The notes under the pieces are model-generated. The model did no database searches. It saw nothing but the letters and a program-made list of their open reading frames with translations, and was not told the DNA's origin. A DNA stretch of 64,000 nucleotides, taken from contig OZ253442.1 of NCBI GenBank assembly GCA_965261085.1, positions 2,080,001 to 2,144,000 on the forward strand, in the 5' to 3' direction. Both the position numbers and the translations under genes were made by a program. Shown here piece by piece: positions 47,000 through 61,352 of this stretch. The stretch's first letter is position 1. Every line of letters begins with the position of its first letter. Source of the DNA: a bacterium. GTDB lineage: Bacteria > UBA8248.

Positions 47000-47314
47000 A
47001 TGCGCCTCGACCAGTTTTTGCGCTATAGCCGCCTAGTCAAGCGCCGTCCCCTCGCCAAGAGCCTGGCGGACGGGGGCGCCGTGGATATCGAGGGGAAAAC
47101 GGCCAAAGCCTCCGCTCAGGTGGAAATCGGAGACGTGCTGAGGCTGAGGCTCGAGAACAAGACCCTGCGCATCCGCGTACTGGGGGAGGCGAAACGCAAT
47201 TTGTCGAAAAAAGACGCCTCCGCCCTGTTCGAGGTTCTTGAGGAATCCGCTTACGCCCTCGATGAGAAAGAGAGTCTCTCGGGCGCGCCGATGGATTTTT
47301 TGAAGCGCCCCTGA
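47000..47314 (+). CDS. S4-domain RNA-binding protein (Hsp15/YabO-like)
   Basis: MRLDQFLRYSRLVKRR...AKASAQVEIGD. Confidence 0.85.
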   Translation: MRLDQFLRYSRLVKRRPLAKSLADGGAVDIEGKTAKASAQVEIGDVLRLRLENKTLRIRVLGEAKRNLSKKDASALFEVLEESAYALDEKESLSGAPMDFLKRP

Positions 47315-47411
47315 TTTCCCTCTTGCTCTTTCCCGGAAAGACTGTTAGTTTTGAGGAAATGGCCCGGCTGGATGCTGCGCCGGGTGGAAATGACATGGTG
47401 ACATAGAAATT

Positions 47412-47444
47412 CCCCTTTAATGTCGTCCCGTGAGGCGGCGAAGG
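47412..47444 (+). promoter_or_regulatory. PyrR-binding RNA element
   Basis: CCTTTAA TGTCG TCCCGTGAGG CGGCG AAGG matches the CUUUAA...UCCNGNGAGG PyrR site. Confidence 0.8.
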
Positions 47445-47484
47445 AGGAAACCCGGATGCTTGCCATCTTCTCGTCTGTTCTCCG

Positions 47485-47520
47485 AACTCCATGCCCTTTG
47501 GGCATGGAGTTTTTTTTGTT
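47485..47520 (+). terminator. pyr attenuator terminator
   Basis: AACTCCATGCCC-TTT-GGGCATGGAGTT then a T-run. Confidence 0.85.
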
Positions 47521-47559
47521 CTTTTTTAATACCGGGCCGCCCGAACATCGGATTTTGCC

Positions 47560-48090
47560 TTGACGATGAAACAACTCGATGCCGAGCAGTTAAGGCGCAC
47601 CTTGAGGCGTCTCTCGCATGAAATACTGGAGCGCACGGCGGATCTGTCGGAACTGGTGTTCATCGGTATTCGCACGAGGGGCGTGCCGCTCGCGGAAAGA
47701 CTGGCCGGGGAGCTTCAGTCGCTGGTGGGCGTACGTCCGCTGGTGGGCGCGCTCGACGTGACGCTCTACCGCGACGATTTGAATCAGGGAGGCGGGGTGA
47801 GAACCGGTCTCAAGAAAACGGATCTCCCCTTCTCGTGCGAGGGCAAGGACGTCGTTTTGGTCGACGACGTGCTCTACACGGGCCGGACGGCGCGCGCCGC
47901 TCTGGCCGCGCTCGTCAACTTCGGCCGGCCCCGTAGGGTGCGGCTCGCCATTCTGGTGGACAGGGGAGGGCGGGAACTGCCCATTCGCGCCGATTTCGTG
48001 GGGAAAAACATCGAAGCGATCCATCCCGAGGAGGTGCGGGTGCATCTGGAGGAAACCGACGGCCAGGATGCCGTTTTCAAACGATCATAG
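47560..48090 (+). CDS. pyrR: Bifunctional pyr operon regulator / UPRTase
   Basis: [47 protein letters not shown]. Confidence 0.92.
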   Translation: MTMKQLDAEQLRRTLRRLSHEILERTADLSELVFIGIRTRGVPLAERLAGELQSLVGVRPLVGALDVTLYRDDLNQGGGVRTGLKKTDLPFSCEGKDVVLVDDVLYTGRTARAALAALVNFGRPRRVRLAILVDRGGRELPIRADFVGKNIEAIHPEEVRVHLEETDGQDAVFKRS

Positions 48091-48121
48091 AAGCCGGGGC
48101 GTTACCAGGGGGGGGAATGAT

Positions 48122-49136
<1,015 letters not shown>

Positions 49137-49153
<17 letters not shown>

Positions 49154-50459
49154 GGGAGGACGCCTCATCGACCCCTCAGGCGGCGTCGATGAGAAGTGCG
49201 ACATCCTGATTGAAGAGGGAAAAATCACGCACAGAAAAAAGAACATATTGCCGCGCGGCGGGGATGAAATAATCGACGCCGAAGGACTCGTCGTGGCTCC
49301 CGGGTTCATCGACATGCACGTCCATTTCAGGGAACCGGGGCAGGAATACAAGGAAGACATCGAGAGCGGCACCCGCGCCGCCGCCGCGGGCGGCTTCACC
49401 GGCGTGGCGTGCATGGCGAACACCGACCCGGTCAACGATACGAGTTCGATCACCGAGCGCATCCTGAAGCGCGCGCGCGAGGTGGGTTCGTGCCGCGTGT
49501 TTCCCATCGGCTCTGTTTCGGTGGGTTTGAAGGGTGAGGAACTGAGCGAGATGGCCGAGCAGAAAGAGGCGGGCGCCGTGGCCTTCAGCGACGACGGCGT
49601 ACCCGTCAAGACGGCCGCACTGATGCGCGCAGCCCTCGAATACGCCGGAATGCTGGGCGTGAGCGTGCTCGATCATGCAGAGGATATGACGCTCTCAGGC
49701 GGCAAGATGATGAACGAGGGAGCGATGTCCACCCTGCTCGGCCTGGCGGGCAACCCGGCGGCGAGCGAGGACATCTGCGTCTATCGGGATATCCGCCTCG
49801 CGGAACTGACGGGAGGCAGGCTCCACATTCTGCATATATCCTCCGCAGGCGCGGTGGACCTGGTTCGGTGGGCAAGGGCGCGCGGCGTTCGCGTGACGGC
49901 GGAGGTGACGCCGCACCATTTCTCCCTGACCGATGAGGTGATTCAGGACTTCGACTCATCCGCCAAGATGGCGCCTCCGCTCAGGGACGAGGCGAATAGA
50001 CAGGCGCTCCTGGAAGGCTTGAAGGACGGCACGATTTCCGCCATCGCCTCGGACCACGCGCCGCATTACGAGGCGGAAACCCAGCGGGAGTTCGACGCCG
50101 TGCCGTTCGGGGTCGTGGGCTTGGAGACGGCCGTGTCCCTCGCGCTGGACAGGCTGGTAGGCGGGGGCGTGCTCACGCTACCCGAGATGATCGCAAAATT
50201 CACGGCGGGGCCGTGCGAGGTGCTGGGCCTGCCCTACGGCACCCTGAAAGAAGGCGCTCCCGGGGACGTGACGATTTTAGACCCCGGGCGCGAGGTGGTC
50301 GTCGACCCCGACACTTTCGAGAGCAACGGGAGGAACACCCCCTTCGCCGGCTGGAAGCTCAAGGGTTGCGCCGTGGCCACGGTCGTTGCCGGAAACCTGC
50401 GGATGAGCAGGCTTGCGGGTGAAATGAAAATCTCCGCACAAGAGGCCCTCGTTTCATGA
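49137..50459 (+). CDS. pyrC: Dihydroorotase
   Basis: [30 protein letters not shown]. Confidence 0.95.
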
Positions 50460-51547
50460 AAGGTCGAAAAATAAAACCGGCGCTCCTGGCCCTGGAAGAC
50501 GGCAGAGTCTTCCGGGGCGCAAGTTTCGGGGCGGATTCCGACGCAGAAGGGGAACTCGTCTTCAACACGGCGATGACGGGCTACCAGGAAGTGCTCACCG
50601 ATCCCTCCTACCGCGGCCAGATGGTGGTGATGACGTACCCCCACATCGGGAATTACGGCGTCATCCCGGGCGATGAGGAATCCCGCCGCGTCTGGGTCGA
50701 GGCATACATCGTGAAAGAAGTGTGCAGGCGCCACAGCAATTTCCGCGCGAACGAGGATTTGGACACCTATCTCAAAAAAGAGGGCATCCCCGGCATCGAG
50801 GGCGTCGATACCCGCGCGCTCACGCGCCACATCAGGGAAGCGGGCGCTCTACGGGCGATACTCTCCTCAAAGGATATGGACGAAAAAAACCTCATCACCC
50901 GCGCCAAGGCGAGTCCGGGCCTCAATGGGCGCGACATGGTGCGCGACGTGACTTGTGAGGCCGCGCACGCCTGGGGCGAGAGAAAAGGCCGCCCGCTTTG
51001 CGTGGCGTATGACCTGGGGGCCAAGAACAACATTTTTCGCGAACTTGGGCGAAGGTTCGATCTCGAAATCGTGCCGGCTTCAGAACCTGCGGAGAGCGTG
51101 CTGGCGAGAAAGCCCGCCGCCGTTTTCCTCTCAAACGGCCCCGGCGACCCGGCGGCGCTCGGCTACGTTGTCGAAAACGTAAAAAACATCATGGGCCGGG
51201 TTCCCGTCGTGGGAATCTGCCTGGGCCACCAGATTCTGGCGCAGGCTTTGGGCGGCAGAACCTATAAGCTCAAGTTCGGCCACCACGGGGCGAACCATCC
51301 CGTGCAGGATTTGAATACGAAAAAAGTGGACATCACCTCGCAGAACCACTCCTTCGCCGTCGACCCCGAGAGCCTGCCCGCAGGCGTGGCCGTCACGCAT
51401 TCCTCCCTGAACGACAGCACCTGTGAGGGTCTCAAGTCGGAATCTCCCAAAGTGTTCAGCGTGCAGTACCACCCCGAAGCCTGCCCCGGCCCGCACGACG
51501 CGGGCGCGCTGTTCGATGAGTTCTACAGCTTCTGCGTGGGGGAGTAG
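50456..51547 (+). CDS. carA: Carbamoyl-phosphate synthase small subunit
   Basis: FNTAMTGYQE, SNGPGDP, GICLGHQ, QYHPEA. Confidence 0.95.
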   Translation: MKGRKIKPALLALEDGRVFRGASFGADSDAEGELVFNTAMTGYQEVLTDPSYRGQMVVMTYPHIGNYGVIPGDEESRRVWVEAYIVKEVCRRHSNFRANEDLDTYLKKEGIPGIEGVDTRALTRHIREAGALRAILSSKDMDEKNLITRAKASPGLNGRDMVRDVTCEAAHAWGERKGRPLCVAYDLGAKNNIFRELGRRFDLEIVPASEPAESVLARKPAAVFLSNGPGDPAALGYVVENVKNIMGRVPVVGICLGHQILAQALGGRTYKLKFGHHGANHPVQDLNTKKVDITSQNHSFAVDPESLPAGVAVTHSSLNDSTCEGLKSESPKVFSVQYHPEACPGPHDAGALFDEFYSFCVGE

Positions 51548-51649
51548 GGAGCGCGCGCGACGGATTCAGGTAAGGACGATAAGAAATTGAATCAACGGAA
51601 ATTTGAAACTTCTCATGTATTTCCCTTTATAGAGCGAGTGGCCTGATAC

Positions 51650-54901
<3,252 letters not shown>

Positions 54902-54977
54902 CGATTTTCATCCTGCGGTTCAAGGTGTAGAGTAGCGTTTTTTGAGACTCTCGCCGCACCTCGTGAGGCCCGGGCGC

Positions 54978-55250
54978 ATGTTTCGATTTATTTTTTATCT
55001 GGTTTTATCCTGGCTGATATTCTATCTTGTACGCAGCCTTTTCAGCGGCTTCGGGAGAGCGGCGAAAAAAAATCGTGAGGGTGAAGACGTCGTGGACGAT
55101 GAAATGCTGAATTGTCCCGAATGCGAGACGTTCTTCCCGTCCCGCATGGGGATTACGAAACGCGCGGGCGGTGGGCGGCATTCGTTCTGCAGCGTCTCGT
55201 GCGCGGAGCAATTCGCCGAAAGAGGCGGCCCGCCCGGGTCGGAGGTTTAG
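54978..55250 (+). CDS. Small membrane protein with C-x2-C...FC-x3-C zinc/TRASH-like motif
   Basis: TM N-terminus; MLNCPECETF...HSFCSVSC. Confidence 0.7.
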   Translation: MFRFIFYLVLSWLIFYLVRSLFSGFGRAAKKNREGEDVVDDEMLNCPECETFFPSRMGITKRAGGGRHSFCSVSCAEQFAERGGPPGSEV

Positions 55251-55389
55251 AGCGCATCTTTTCGGTTTGTCGTATATAATTTGGTATCATGCGGTTCGAT
55301 GAAAAACGAAAGGACCCAGGCGAGCGCCTCGTGAAGACCCGAACGCCGGAGGCTTAAGTGCGGGCGATCGCCAAAACGGGAGATACGCG

Positions 55390-56124
55390 ATGGCGACGGA
55401 AGCAAGCGGCCCGAACGCGCGTGATGGAGACGGAGCCACGGCCTTGCACCATGCGGTGATGGGCAACGATGCCCTGGAAGCCGCAGGTGACCAGCTCGAG
55501 GCCGGGGCCGAGGTGGACGCGCGCGACAAGAACGGATGGACGCCGCTCCACTGGGCGGTGCGCTACATCCAAGACCCGGCTGTTTTGAGGATCTTGATTC
55601 GGGCCGGCGCCGATGTGGAAGCGCGCGACAGAAGGGGCGCGACGCCGCTTCACACGGCGGCGGCGTTCCGCGCGGAGCCTGCCGTTCTGGAGGCGCTCCT
55701 CGAAGCAGGCGCCGACCCCAACACGGAGGGCATATACGGATGGACGCCCCTTCATGCGTCGGCGGCCTTTGGTAGAATTGGCGCCAACGTGGGGATACTG
55801 GTGCGCGGCGGCGCACGGGTGGACACGCCGGACAGAAGAGGCCTGGCGCCCCTGCACTGGGCGGGGATGCGCAGCACGGCTCCCGCCGTCGTGAAGGCCC
55901 TCCTCGCGGCGGGCGCGAACCCCGACGCGCGCGACAAGCGTGTGCGAACCCCGCTTCACTACGCGGCGGCGAAAGACGAAGTCCTCATCGAAGTCCTCGA
56001 AGCCCTCCTCGACGCAGGCGCCGACCCCGCCGCAAAAGATTCCGAGGGCAAAACCCCCATCGAAGGCGTCAAGCCTGACTCTTCGTTTCTGGGAACGGAG
56101 GCGTACCGGAGGTTGGGGGGGTAG
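55390..56124 (+). CDS. Ankyrin repeat protein
   Basis: About six TPLH.A...LL.AGAD.NARD repeats; GGGAG RBS. Confidence 0.9.
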   Translation: MATEASGPNARDGDGATALHHAVMGNDALEAAGDQLEAGAEVDARDKNGWTPLHWAVRYIQDPAVLRILIRAGADVEARDRRGATPLHTAAAFRAEPAVLEALLEAGADPNTEGIYGWTPLHASAAFGRIGANVGILVRGGARVDTPDRRGLAPLHWAGMRSTAPAVVKALLAAGANPDARDKRVRTPLHYAAAKDEVLIEVLEALLDAGADPAAKDSEGKTPIEGVKPDSSFLGTEAYRRLGG

Positions 56125-56347
56125 GGGGGAGGGCGACAATCAAGCGTAATAATTGCAATATAATACATCCAATTTTTGGTATATAAACATCATTCAACTG
56201 TGATGATTAGCATTGTACGGGAATAGCAATTGATTTTGAGATATTATTAATGATAAATTCGCTTTAGGTACTGCCCGCGCTCAAAACCAACCTGAATAGC
56301 TTCATCAACAGTTAAGAAACAAGCCTACAATCGAGGTAAAGTATTAG

Positions 56348-57904
56348 ATGAGCGGGTCTGATAATCTTAAGTCATTACGCCTAGTAATAACTGAGAATTT
56401 AAGAGTACAGCGTGGTGGCTCAGAATCGATACCATATATTGATATCTCAAATGTTCTCAATGATATGACAGCGCGACAGAATCATGCGATTTTTGGGAGA
56501 CGTGGGTGCGGAAAAACTCTTCTGCTCCATTTTTCAGAAAAAAAGTTGGACGATTCGGTTAAATGTATTTACCTGAATTGTGAAGATTTCAAGAGACACT
56601 CGTTTCCTAACGTACTAATACAAATAATAGATGCCTTATTTGAGGAACTCCAGCGCAACTTAACTGGTTGGTTCGGTCGAAAGCTGAAATCGAAACAACT
56701 AATTGAAAAGATTCGATCAAGATTAAGTGAATTAAGCAAGTTAGCGGATCAACAAGAACAAAAAATGCGCGAACACACATCTAGGGAAAATTCGAGTTCT
56801 GGAGAAATAAATGGCGGGATATCGAATCCATATGTGACATTGAAAGCTGGCACTTCTGCTGCGACCTCATATAAATCAGAAATAGAAAGAAGTTATACAA
56901 AGCATGATGACAAACTCCATGAATTAAACATGTGGCTCCCAGATTTGAAACGTCAGGTACGTGAATTTTTTGATCTATCAAACAACGTTTCTGCAATATT
57001 TCTTCAGATCGACGATTTCTATCACCTAAATAGAATCGATCAACCCTTCATTATGGATTACATACATCGTCTCTGCAAAGATTTGCCGTTATTTTTCAAA
57101 ATTGCCACTCTTAGACATGCAAGTATTCTTTATGCAGATCGACATGGACAACCAATAGGGGCGCAGGAACGTCATGATTATCAACCGATAAACATCGACT
57201 TTACATTGGCGAATCTGAATAAAACACGGGATCAAAATAAAGCTATTCTTCACGCATTTGGTAAACTTGCTAGTATGACGAAGGTCAGGATAGACGGTTT
57301 GTTTAAGGGAGAAGGATTTGAGCGCCTAATCTTAGCAGGGGGTGGTGTGCCACGTGACTGCCTAAGTCTTTTCTTGGAAGTAATAGATACTGCCACATCA
57401 ACGGGAGGTGACGGCCGTATTGGAAAAGATGATGTTCGGATTTTGAGTCGCTCGAATTTCGAGCGGAGAATTGAGGAGTTAAAACAAGACTCAGAAGAGG
57501 GTCGAGAACAAGACGCACTAATACGTGGGATTTATGTGTTACGGAAATTCTGTATCGAAAAGAAAACTAATGTATTCATGGTTTCAGAACAAATGATGCA
57601 ACAAGAAGATCGTATTAGAGAACTTGTTCATAGATTACTGGATTATCGGATTATCCATAATTGTGGCGTAGCATTAACACATAAATCACAAGCAGGGACT
57701 TACCAAGCTTTTGCTATAGACATTGGGTGCTATGCACATATGCGGAAGCTAGATGGTCGATTAGTCGAACTGGATCTATCTAAATCGGATGCTAAGGAAA
57801 GAATGCGCTCAACACCAATTCTTTCAGAAAAAGAATTTGATTCTCTGTGGCATGATGCTCCGGAAGATATAGAGAGAGTGTTACTTGATGAAGACGATAC
57901 ATAA
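56348..57904 (+). CDS. Low-GC P-loop ATPase (STAND/ORC-CDC6-like), probably horizontally acquired
   Basis: GRRGCGKT Walker A, LQIDDF Walker B, GGVPRD; visibly AT-rich codons. Confidence 0.75.
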   Translation: MSGSDNLKSLRLVITENLRVQRGGSESIPYIDISNVLNDMTARQNHAIFGRRGCGKTLLLHFSEKKLDDSVKCIYLNCEDFKRHSFPNVLIQIIDALFEELQRNLTGWFGRKLKSKQLIEKIRSRLSELSKLADQQEQKMREHTSRENSSSGEINGGISNPYVTLKAGTSAATSYKSEIERSYTKHDDKLHELNMWLPDLKRQVREFFDLSNNVSAIFLQIDDFYHLNRIDQPFIMDYIHRLCKDLPLFFKIATLRHASILYADRHGQPIGAQERHDYQPINIDFTLANLNKTRDQNKAILHAFGKLASMTKVRIDGLFKGEGFERLILAGGGVPRDCLSLFLEVIDTATSTGGDGRIGKDDVRILSRSNFERRIEELKQDSEEGREQDALIRGIYVLRKFCIEKKTNVFMVSEQMMQQEDRIRELVHRLLDYRIIHNCGVALTHKSQAGTYQAFAIDIGCYAHMRKLDGRLVELDLSKSDAKERMRSTPILSEKEFDSLWHDAPEDIERVLLDEDDT

Positions 57905-58212
57905 GAGTCGAACTATTCATTTCCTAGTTTACTACTTTGAAAGAATACCATTGAGATCTCTTCCGCACATAAATACCCCGAAACCAAAAGCATTCTAACA
58001 ACAGCCCACCTCTTACATAGAGTAACTGTCCGTTGTGTAGCTCGAGAACCGCCCGCCTGAAACATAGACAGAGCCGTTTCCCGATGGCGGGCGGACACTT
58101 TCGAACTCTCCTTCCTCGGGGAAGTTCGCCACCCCTACGCGATTCCTCTTCATCAGTCGGCAGCCCCTCCTTAATTAGTCACGTCGAACCCTCATTCATC
58201 AATCAGGTTCGA

Positions 58213-58300
58213 CCCCCCACCGGCTCGACTTCGGGCTTGCGCCCTTACCTCGTCGACAATCCCTTATTCTTCAATCGGAACTGACCCTCAAGGGGGGAGT
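58213..58300. repeat. REP/MITE-like element family A copy
   Basis: CCCCCACC...CGGGCTTGCGCCCTTACCTC...CCCTCAAGGGGGGAGT. Confidence 0.65.
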
Positions 58301-58375
58301 GGTTTAGAGCCTTCTTCTTCTTTTCGGGGAAGCCCGCTCCTCAAGTGGCGGAGTGATTCCGAAAGGCATTAACCC

Positions 58376-58498
58376 AAAGCCTTCGTACAGGCCGTCAGGA
58401 GGAACATAGATCGCTTCCCGGCAGATTTCATGCTTCAGCTCACGAAACAGGAATTCGACGACTTGAGGTCACAAATTGTGATCTCAAGTTGAGGCGGC
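58376..58498 (+). pseudogene. ORF6N-domain gene fragment
   Basis: Translates KAFVQAVRRNIDRFPADFMLQLTKQEFDDLRSQIVISS*GG; no upstream start. Confidence 0.75.
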
Positions 58499-58750
58499 GG
58501 GCTCTATCCGCTTCATCCGCTCTGGCCAACCTCTCGGTTGTCACCAGCATGCGCCGGAATGACGGCGTTGTAGCCGCAATGACGAGGGGCCATACATAAG
58601 CGGGCGGACACGTAGGTCCTCCCCTACGTCGTTCCCCCTCTTTTCTGTCGAGGGCATGATGTAGCCGCCGCGTCTGCGGGACGGGGCCGGATTCACCTGA
58701 GCGCAAGAACGCTCTTCGCCTCGATTCGCCGGTCGAGTCGGCTGGGGTTT

Positions 58751-59584
58751 TCAGCCGCCGAACGAGCGGGAGACGAGGTAGGCGCCCAGCGCAAGCAGGG
58801 AGAGGAAAAATATTTTCCGGAACAACTGCTCGGAGAGTTTTTTTCGAATTCGTTGCCCGATGATCATTCCCGCCATCGCCGGCAGCAGGGCCATGGTGGA
58901 AAGGGCGCCGTGCTCGAGCCGCAGCAGGCCGTTGGCCTGAAGAGCGAAGCCCAGCGCCAGCGTAGATACCATGAAAAGCATTCCCATCGCCTGAATCAGC
59001 GCGTCTCTCGATAGGCCGAGCGCCTGAAGGAACATCACCCCCGGCACGACGAAGGATCCCGTCATGCCGGTCAGCACTCCGTTCACGAGTCCGACCAACG
59101 GGCCCACCCACCTTTCATGGAGGGCTTGGACCTGGAATCGCAGTCCGAGCAGATTCGCGGCGGCGTACGCCACGAGCAGCAACCCGAGAAGCGCGGACAG
59201 CAGTGAGAGATCGACGCGCGTCAGCGCAGACGCTCCGAGCCGCACGGTGATCGCCGCCACCAGCAAAAACAGCCAGATCCGGCGCAGAAGGGCCCAGCCG
59301 TGGCCGCCGACCATCGCCTGCCAGACGTTGGTCACGAAGGATGGGACGAGAAGCAGGGCCATCGCATTCGGCAGATTGATCGCCACCGCCAGAAGGGCGA
59401 GGCTGACCGTCGGAAGGCCAAGACCGATGACCCCCTTGACCGCGCCCGCGAGCAGGAAAGTTCCGGCGATTGCGAGGATGGTGGCGGCGTCAAGAATACC
59501 GTTGTTCCTTTGGCGGCGTTCGTCGATGCGCCCGCGGTGAGCCGCTCTCCCCGTCGGGTGATGGTTCCACCGCTTCAGTATCAC
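58751..59584 (-). CDS. Sulfite exporter TauE/SafE family membrane protein (start uncertain)
   Basis: AGAVKGVIGLG, PSFVTNVWQ, GVLTGMTG; multiple TM helices. Confidence 0.8.
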   Translation of the reverse strand: MILKRWNHHPTGRAAHRGRIDERRQRNNGILDAATILAIAGTFLLAGAVKGVIGLGLPTVSLALLAVAINLPNAMALLLVPSFVTNVWQAMVGGHGWALLRRIWLFLLVAAITVRLGASALTRVDLSLLSALLGLLLVAYAAANLLGLRFQVQALHERWVGPLVGLVNGVLTGMTGSFVVPGVMFLQALGLSRDALIQAMGMLFMVSTLALGFALQANGLLRLEHGALSTMALLPAMAGMIIGQRIRKKLSEQLFRKIFFLSLLALGAYLVSRSFGG

Positions 59585-59917
59585 ACAGGCGACGCGTCGG
59601 CGCAGGGCGGGGAGGTGCGTCGTCGGCAGGCGGCCCCTGTTTCGCCGCCGCGCTCCACCATGCCAAGGAGGGTTTGCTGCTTGCCGGATGGCCCGCGCTT
59701 ATCGTCATCCCTTCACTTGGACTTGTGTTTGTTGCTCCTTGCCGCCGAGGCCTCATCCCATTCGACCTCGGAGCCGAGCAGTCCGCCCGCCACGGCGTAT
59801 GCTTCACGGATGCCCACCGTTTGCTCTTTTGCCTCAGTTGTCATCAAAAACCCCCTTGTGTAGTGTTGATCTAACGCAAAGATCGATTCTCTGAAATCCT
59901 GCGCGGGGGAGGATGCC

Positions 59918-61306
59918 ATGGCTGCAAAGCCCAAGGTGGATGTCCTGATTGAGAACGGAACCGTCGTCACCGTGGACCCGCAGCGGAGGGTCATCCGCAA
60001 CGGCGCCGTCGCCATTGCGAAGAACCGGATCAAGGACGTCGGGAAGGCTTCCGCCCTCAGGAGAAAATACGAGGCCAAACGGACCTACGACGCCACCATG
60101 AAGCTCGTCACCCCCGGCCTGATCAACGCGCACATCCACTTCTACCACCACATGCACCGGGGCCTCTCGCCCGAGACCCTGGCGGGGATGCCGTGGTCCG
60201 ACTTCGTCCACCGCCGGGTCGCCACCATCGTGAGTGCCGAGGACGAGATCTGGGGCGGTCTCGGGATTCTGGTCGAAACCCTCAAGACGGGGGTGACGAC
60301 CTTCCTCGAGGCGGGCTCCTACAACCCCGGCCCCGTCATCGAGGGCGTCTCCCGGATAGGAATGCGGGGCTTGATGGGCCGCAGGTCCTTCGACATGGTG
60401 AGCCAGGGCCACAACATGCTGGTCGAGAGCACCCGAAAGTGCCTGAGCGAGAACGAGAAGTTCATGAAGGACTACCGGGGCGGGGTGGGGCTCGTAAAGC
60501 CCTGCGTCGTCCTCGTCGGGATGGGGCGCTGCTCGGACCGGCTCTACCTCAAGTCCAAGGAGATGGCGGACAAGTACAGGACCATCCTCCACATGCATCA
60601 GGCCAACATGATCGAGAACGTCCAGGAGAGCCTGAACCTGAACGGCGCCCGCCCCATCGAGCATCTGTATAATATCGGCGCCCTCGGAAAGAACGTGGCC
60701 CTCACCCACATGATCCACGTGAGCAGCAAGGAGATCGGGCTTCTCGCCGAGACGGGGACGAACGTCCTGCATTGTCCGAGCACCGCCATGAAGATCAGCT
60801 ACGGCCTCTCCGCCTTCGGGAAGTTCCCGGAGATGATGGAGGCGGGCGTCAACGTCGCCATCGGAACCGACGCTTCGGACTGCTCCAACTTCAACGACAT
60901 GGTGCGCCTCATGTATCTGGCGGCGGCGACCCCGAAGGACTACCGCTACGACCCGGCCGCGGGAAGCGCCGAAAAGGCCATCGAGATGGCGACCATCAAC
61001 GGCGCCAGGGCGATGAACATGGAGAAGGAGATCGGTTCCATCGAGCCGGGCAAGAAGGCCGACATCGCCATCTTCGACATGAAGCGGCCGGACTGGGTCC
61101 CCCTCTACAACGAGCTCCAGAATTTCGTCTATTCGGCCCAAGGGAGCAGCTGCGAGAGCGTCATGGTCGACGGGAAGTTCGTGATGGAAAACCGCGAGGT
61201 CAAATCGATAGACGAGATGGAGATCGTGGAGCGGATCGGGCACCGGGCGAAAGAGGTCTTGAAGAGGAGCAAGGTGCCGCTCTACAGCCCGTGGAAGTTC
61301 ATCTAG
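59918..61306 (+). CDS. Amidohydrolase (MTA/SAH deaminase / AtzA-TrzA-like)
   Basis: PGLINAHIH, LHMH, THMIH, HCPS, IGTD, ATINGA, GKKAD. Confidence 0.85.
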   Translation: MAAKPKVDVLIENGTVVTVDPQRRVIRNGAVAIAKNRIKDVGKASALRRKYEAKRTYDATMKLVTPGLINAHIHFYHHMHRGLSPETLAGMPWSDFVHRRVATIVSAEDEIWGGLGILVETLKTGVTTFLEAGSYNPGPVIEGVSRIGMRGLMGRRSFDMVSQGHNMLVESTRKCLSENEKFMKDYRGGVGLVKPCVVLVGMGRCSDRLYLKSKEMADKYRTILHMHQANMIENVQESLNLNGARPIEHLYNIGALGKNVALTHMIHVSSKEIGLLAETGTNVLHCPSTAMKISYGLSAFGKFPEMMEAGVNVAIGTDASDCSNFNDMVRLMYLAAATPKDYRYDPAAGSAEKAIEMATINGARAMNMEKEIGSIEPGKKADIAIFDMKRPDWVPLYNELQNFVYSAQGSSCESVMVDGKFVMENREVKSIDEMEIVERIGHRAKEVLKRSKVPLYSPWKFI

Positions 61307-61352
61307 CCGGGCGGCGGGCATTCCCGGCCGGTCGGACGAGGAGGAGGCCCTC

